From IMG/VR virus record IMGVR_UViG_3300032290_001460, positions 42,309 through 106,308 of that record: a stretch of DNA of 64,000 bases, one strand, 5' to 3'. The notes under the pieces are model-generated. The model was not told the DNA's origin and searched no databases. It was given only the letters and a program-made list of their open reading frames with translations. This stretch comes from a virus (lineage: Duplodnaviria > Caudoviricetes). Positions 61,268 to 64,000 of the stretch are shown here, piece by piece (position 1 is the first letter of the stretch; every line of letters starts with the position of its first letter). Made by a program: the position numbers and the translations under genes.

Positions 61268-63023
61268 TGTTCTCTCCCCATTTCATGATGAAACGTTTTT
61301 TGTCTTCTTCAACAATATTTTCAAAGTCTACTGGCTTATTCGTCTTTATGGTCATACTATCAGCATGGACGCAGTGTGTTTTATGTGAAATAACAGTTTT
61401 GTATGGCGTATTATGATTCACCCAATTAACTAAATCGTCGTCGCCGTACCACCATTTGTACCCTTCATCGAACGACCATGCTTTGACGAGTTCTGAACGT
61501 AGAACCATAGCGAAACCAGCCATGCCACCAGTGCCGTCATATCGTGATCGGCAGGTATCAAAAACTTGCTTATCGTCGTTCATCTTGATATCTGTGTAGT
61601 TTGGGCAGACAAGACCAATTGCTTCGTTTCTATCTAGTGTCTCGCAAAGCGAACTAATGCAAGATTCATCTAGTCGCACATCGTCGTTCAAGAATGCTAT
61701 ATGGTTCTTTCTACCAACAGTATTCATACCTAAATTCCATAAATACTGGATTCCTTTGCCTTCTTCAGCAGTAATGAATTGAATAGATTTATTGATTTCT
61801 AAGTCGTATGGCAATTCTGGAAGATTGTCAAATACGTGAGGTCCATCGGCAACTACGCATATTTTGTCAACTTTTTTATCGATGCATAAATCTTGTAATA
61901 AAGCAATAAGCCCTTCAAAATTACTTTTTGTTGGTATAACAACATTGACGCAAGTTTTTGCGCTCTCATACCAGTATTGATTATCTAGAAGACGTTCATC
62001 TTCGGGATGAAAACTCAGCGCTTCTAAACCATGTTTGATTGCTTCGTCGTAAAAACCTAGATAATAAGCACTAAGCGCGGCTAGGTCATGCGGAAAATAT
62101 CCCCATGATTTTGCTTCAGTAAGATATAAAGACTCTCGCGCAGTAATTGCTAGGGCTCGCTTTGCAGCCCAATAGCATCCTAGCCACTGGCGATTATTAA
62201 GGTAATGTTGCGCTAAATCAAGGGCTGGTTCACGACCTTCTGGATATTCGCCACATGCACGCAGAAGCCAAAATTCCGTTTTATGTGGATGCATTCTTGC
62301 AAGGAATCGCATTGAATAAGCACGTTCTGCATTCCATTTAGAATCTTCCATTACTAAATGTCGTTCAAATAGTTTTGTTGCTTCTTCGTATCTGTTGTTA
62401 AAAAACAGTTCTCGTGCCGTGTAGTAGGTTTGCCGACCATTTTCTGGATCGTCTTCTATGTCTTGCAGTAATAGGGGGAGGTAGGAACTTCGTGATTTAG
62501 ATTGGTCTGGGAAATGATGTATTTGAAATTCGTTAGTGAAGTGGTGGCGTTCTTCCCCACTTGTTTGTACGTTGACTTCGTGACATGCGCCTTTCCATCT
62601 GAACATTTGGCGTCTAACTATTTTGTCTCCATGATAAACCAGGCCCGGGCTTCCGTCTTCTAGCCAATTCCAGGTATATGAGTAACGTACTCGTGTTGCC
62701 CAATCTGGTGAATTTTTTAATGCTTGAATCCAGCCACCTACTAGTTGTTCATCTAAATCTAGGTTGATTATCCATGCATCAACATCTGGTAGTGAATCAA
62801 GTAAATGATTTCGTGCGTTAGCGAAATGCCATGGATTGAACGTTTGTTCAAATACGGTAATGCCACATTCTTTGGCTATTGAAACAGTGTTATCCGTTGA
62901 GCCAGTATCGAGAAGGAATATGCCGTCTGCACCCTTGGCACTTTCTGCCCAAGTTTTAACATACTTTTCTTCATTCTTGGCAATAGATGCAACAAAAATT
63001 GGTTTACTCATATCGCTCATCAT
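61257..63023 (-). CDS. Glycosyltransferase family 2 protein with a TPR region and a second GT2-like domain
   Basis: IAKNEE...LDTGSTD...FANARN...LDLDE...WKGACHE, then TPR-like helices, then VVIPT...FLNDD...WWYGDDD. Confidence 0.88.
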   Translation of the reverse strand: MMSDMSKPIFVASIAKNEEKYVKTWAESAKGADGIFLLDTGSTDNTVSIAKECGITVFEQTFNPWHFANARNHLLDSLPDVDAWIINLDLDEQLVGGWIQALKNSPDWATRVRYSYTWNWLEDGSPGLVYHGDKIVRRQMFRWKGACHEVNVQTSGEERHHFTNEFQIHHFPDQSKSRSSYLPLLLQDIEDDPENGRQTYYTARELFFNNRYEEATKLFERHLVMEDSKWNAERAYSMRFLARMHPHKTEFWLLRACGEYPEGREPALDLAQHYLNNRQWLGCYWAAKRALAITARESLYLTEAKSWGYFPHDLAALSAYYLGFYDEAIKHGLEALSFHPEDERLLDNQYWYESAKTCVNVVIPTKSNFEGLIALLQDLCIDKKVDKICVVADGPHVFDNLPELPYDLEINKSIQFITAEEGKGIQYLWNLGMNTVGRKNHIAFLNDDVRLDESCISSLCETLDRNEAIGLVCPNYTDIKMNDDKQVFDTCRSRYDGTGGMAGFAMVLRSELVKAWSFDEGYKWWYGDDDLVNWVNHNTPYKTVISHKTHCVHADSMTIKTNKPVDFENIVEEDKKRFIMKWGENNAR

Positions 63024-63050
63024 AATATAAATATCTAAACAAGTTTTCTT

Positions 63051-63539
63051 TTATGGCAAATCTATTTTTAAATGTTCTTTATTGAGTAGGCGAGTTGTTT
63101 CTGGAGCATAATGTGCTGGTTCTGCTAATTCCCATGCTTTGTCGTAATCTAACCATCCCCAGATATCAACATTAATAAATTCTGGTACTTCGGGTTGGGC
63201 GGCAAAAAGAACTAAACCTTTTCCTAATTGGTGTTTCCGCACTGCGACAGTGTTTCCTTTGCGTACACGCCGTACTTCAATGTTTCTGCCGACATCGGGA
63301 ACATTTCGATATTTATTATGTTCTTCTTTTGACCATACATGCCCACTCCAAAAACGATTAGTTGCTTTTGCTACGGCGAGTTCACAAATAGCAGATGCGA
63401 CTGTTGCCGTTCTATCGTCTTCCATTAATTCTTTTTTATAATGTGGAGCATCTTGTTTTCCCCAATTTGCTGCAAATCTTGCTATGCCAACATTGCACGC
63501 ATGCACGTATTCCCATGGTTCAAGAGTGATAATGGTCAT
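63051..63539 (-). CDS. Hypothetical phage protein
   Basis: ATG at 63539 (MTIITLEPWEY...). The ELAVAK...PDVG..IEVR pattern could be a PD-(D/E)xK-like fold. ORF track extends to 63632. Confidence 0.65.
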   Translation of the reverse strand: MTIITLEPWEYVHACNVGIARFAANWGKQDAPHYKKELMEDDRTATVASAICELAVAKATNRFWSGHVWSKEEHNKYRNVPDVGRNIEVRRVRKGNTVAVRKHQLGKGLVLFAAQPEVPEFINVDIWGWLDYDKAWELAEPAHYAPETTRLLNKEHLKIDLP

Positions 63540-63594
63540 ATATAAATTCCGTTTCGTAACGTGATGGCAATGTGAGTTCAAGTATAATTGAAAG

Positions 63595-64000
63595 ATGTTA
63601 GAAAAGCACCTAAAATCATCTAGTGAACGCAAGTTTTCTGGCGTTTACACAGATTCTGATATCGCGGTGTTGATGAACTATGGGCGCGTGAGTAGTAACA
63701 GGTATAAAAATAGACAAATAATGCATGACCCAATGTTTTTGAATGCGATGCGTATGCTCATTGACCACGAACGGCCTTCATATGTAATGGAATTCGGCAC
63801 TTTTGATGGTGGCCTATCTGAGTACATGAGCGATACTGCTAAAAATATTAATCATGACATGAATATCATTTCGTACGACATCGATTTTTTGAGAAATGTT
63901 ATTCAGGAACCAATTAGTGATGTTGAGTTGGTTCAACTTGATATTTTTGACATCAAAAATTATTTAACAGTTAATCACGAAATGATCGCAAATCTTGAGG
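63595..64000 (+). CDS. CmcI (cephalosporin hydroxylase)-like methyltransferase, truncated by the window end
   Basis: Translated by hand: ...YKNRQIMHDP...LIDHERPSYVMEFGTFDGGLSEYM...IISYDID...; open to the end of the window. Confidence 0.7.
   Translation, partial: MLEKHLKSSSERKFSGVYTDSDIAVLMNYGRVSSNRYKNRQIMHDPMFLNAMRMLIDHERPSYVMEFGTFDGGLSEYMSDTAKNINHDMNIISYDIDFLRNVIQEPISDVELVQLDIFDIKNYLTVNHEMIANLE

Overview
This window is the head-morphogenesis region of a large tailed phage. A ferredoxin and several head domains weakly suggest an actinobacterial host. Gene order on the + strand: (1) the 3' end of a portal/MuF-like gene; (2) a 4421-aa protein that starts with an HK97-type prohead protease; (3) an acidic Met-rich scaffold-like protein; (4) about 36 kb of giant multi-domain ('polyvalent') proteins interleaved with small ORFs; (5) an HK97-fold major capsid protein (51692-53011); (6) another multi-domain head protein; (7) a thermonuclease and a ferredoxin. 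A - strand block follows (two HNH endonucleases, a methyltransferase, a glycosyltransferase). The main unexplained pattern is a shared peptide grammar across the large proteins. Seven proteins carry the same D-x-D-x-D-G-x-[VI]-[QF]-[ED]-G-T-x3-R-P tag, preceded at varying distance by K-[ASGE]-[LI]-G. About 23 copies of an [SGT]-S-R-S-x-[RK] linker, written with different codons, sit at boundaries between effector-like domains. Those domains include zincin peptidases, ADP-ribosyltransferases, a zeta-toxin-like kinase, a HipA-like kinase, ArdC, pentapeptide repeats, ParB, KTSC, a glycosylase-like domain and an HTH array. I infer a capsid-packaged polyprotein cargo system: proteins are tagged for the prohead and then cut into individual effectors, with small neighbouring ORFs as candidate inhibitors. 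All domain calls come from motifs read by eye; no database search was run.
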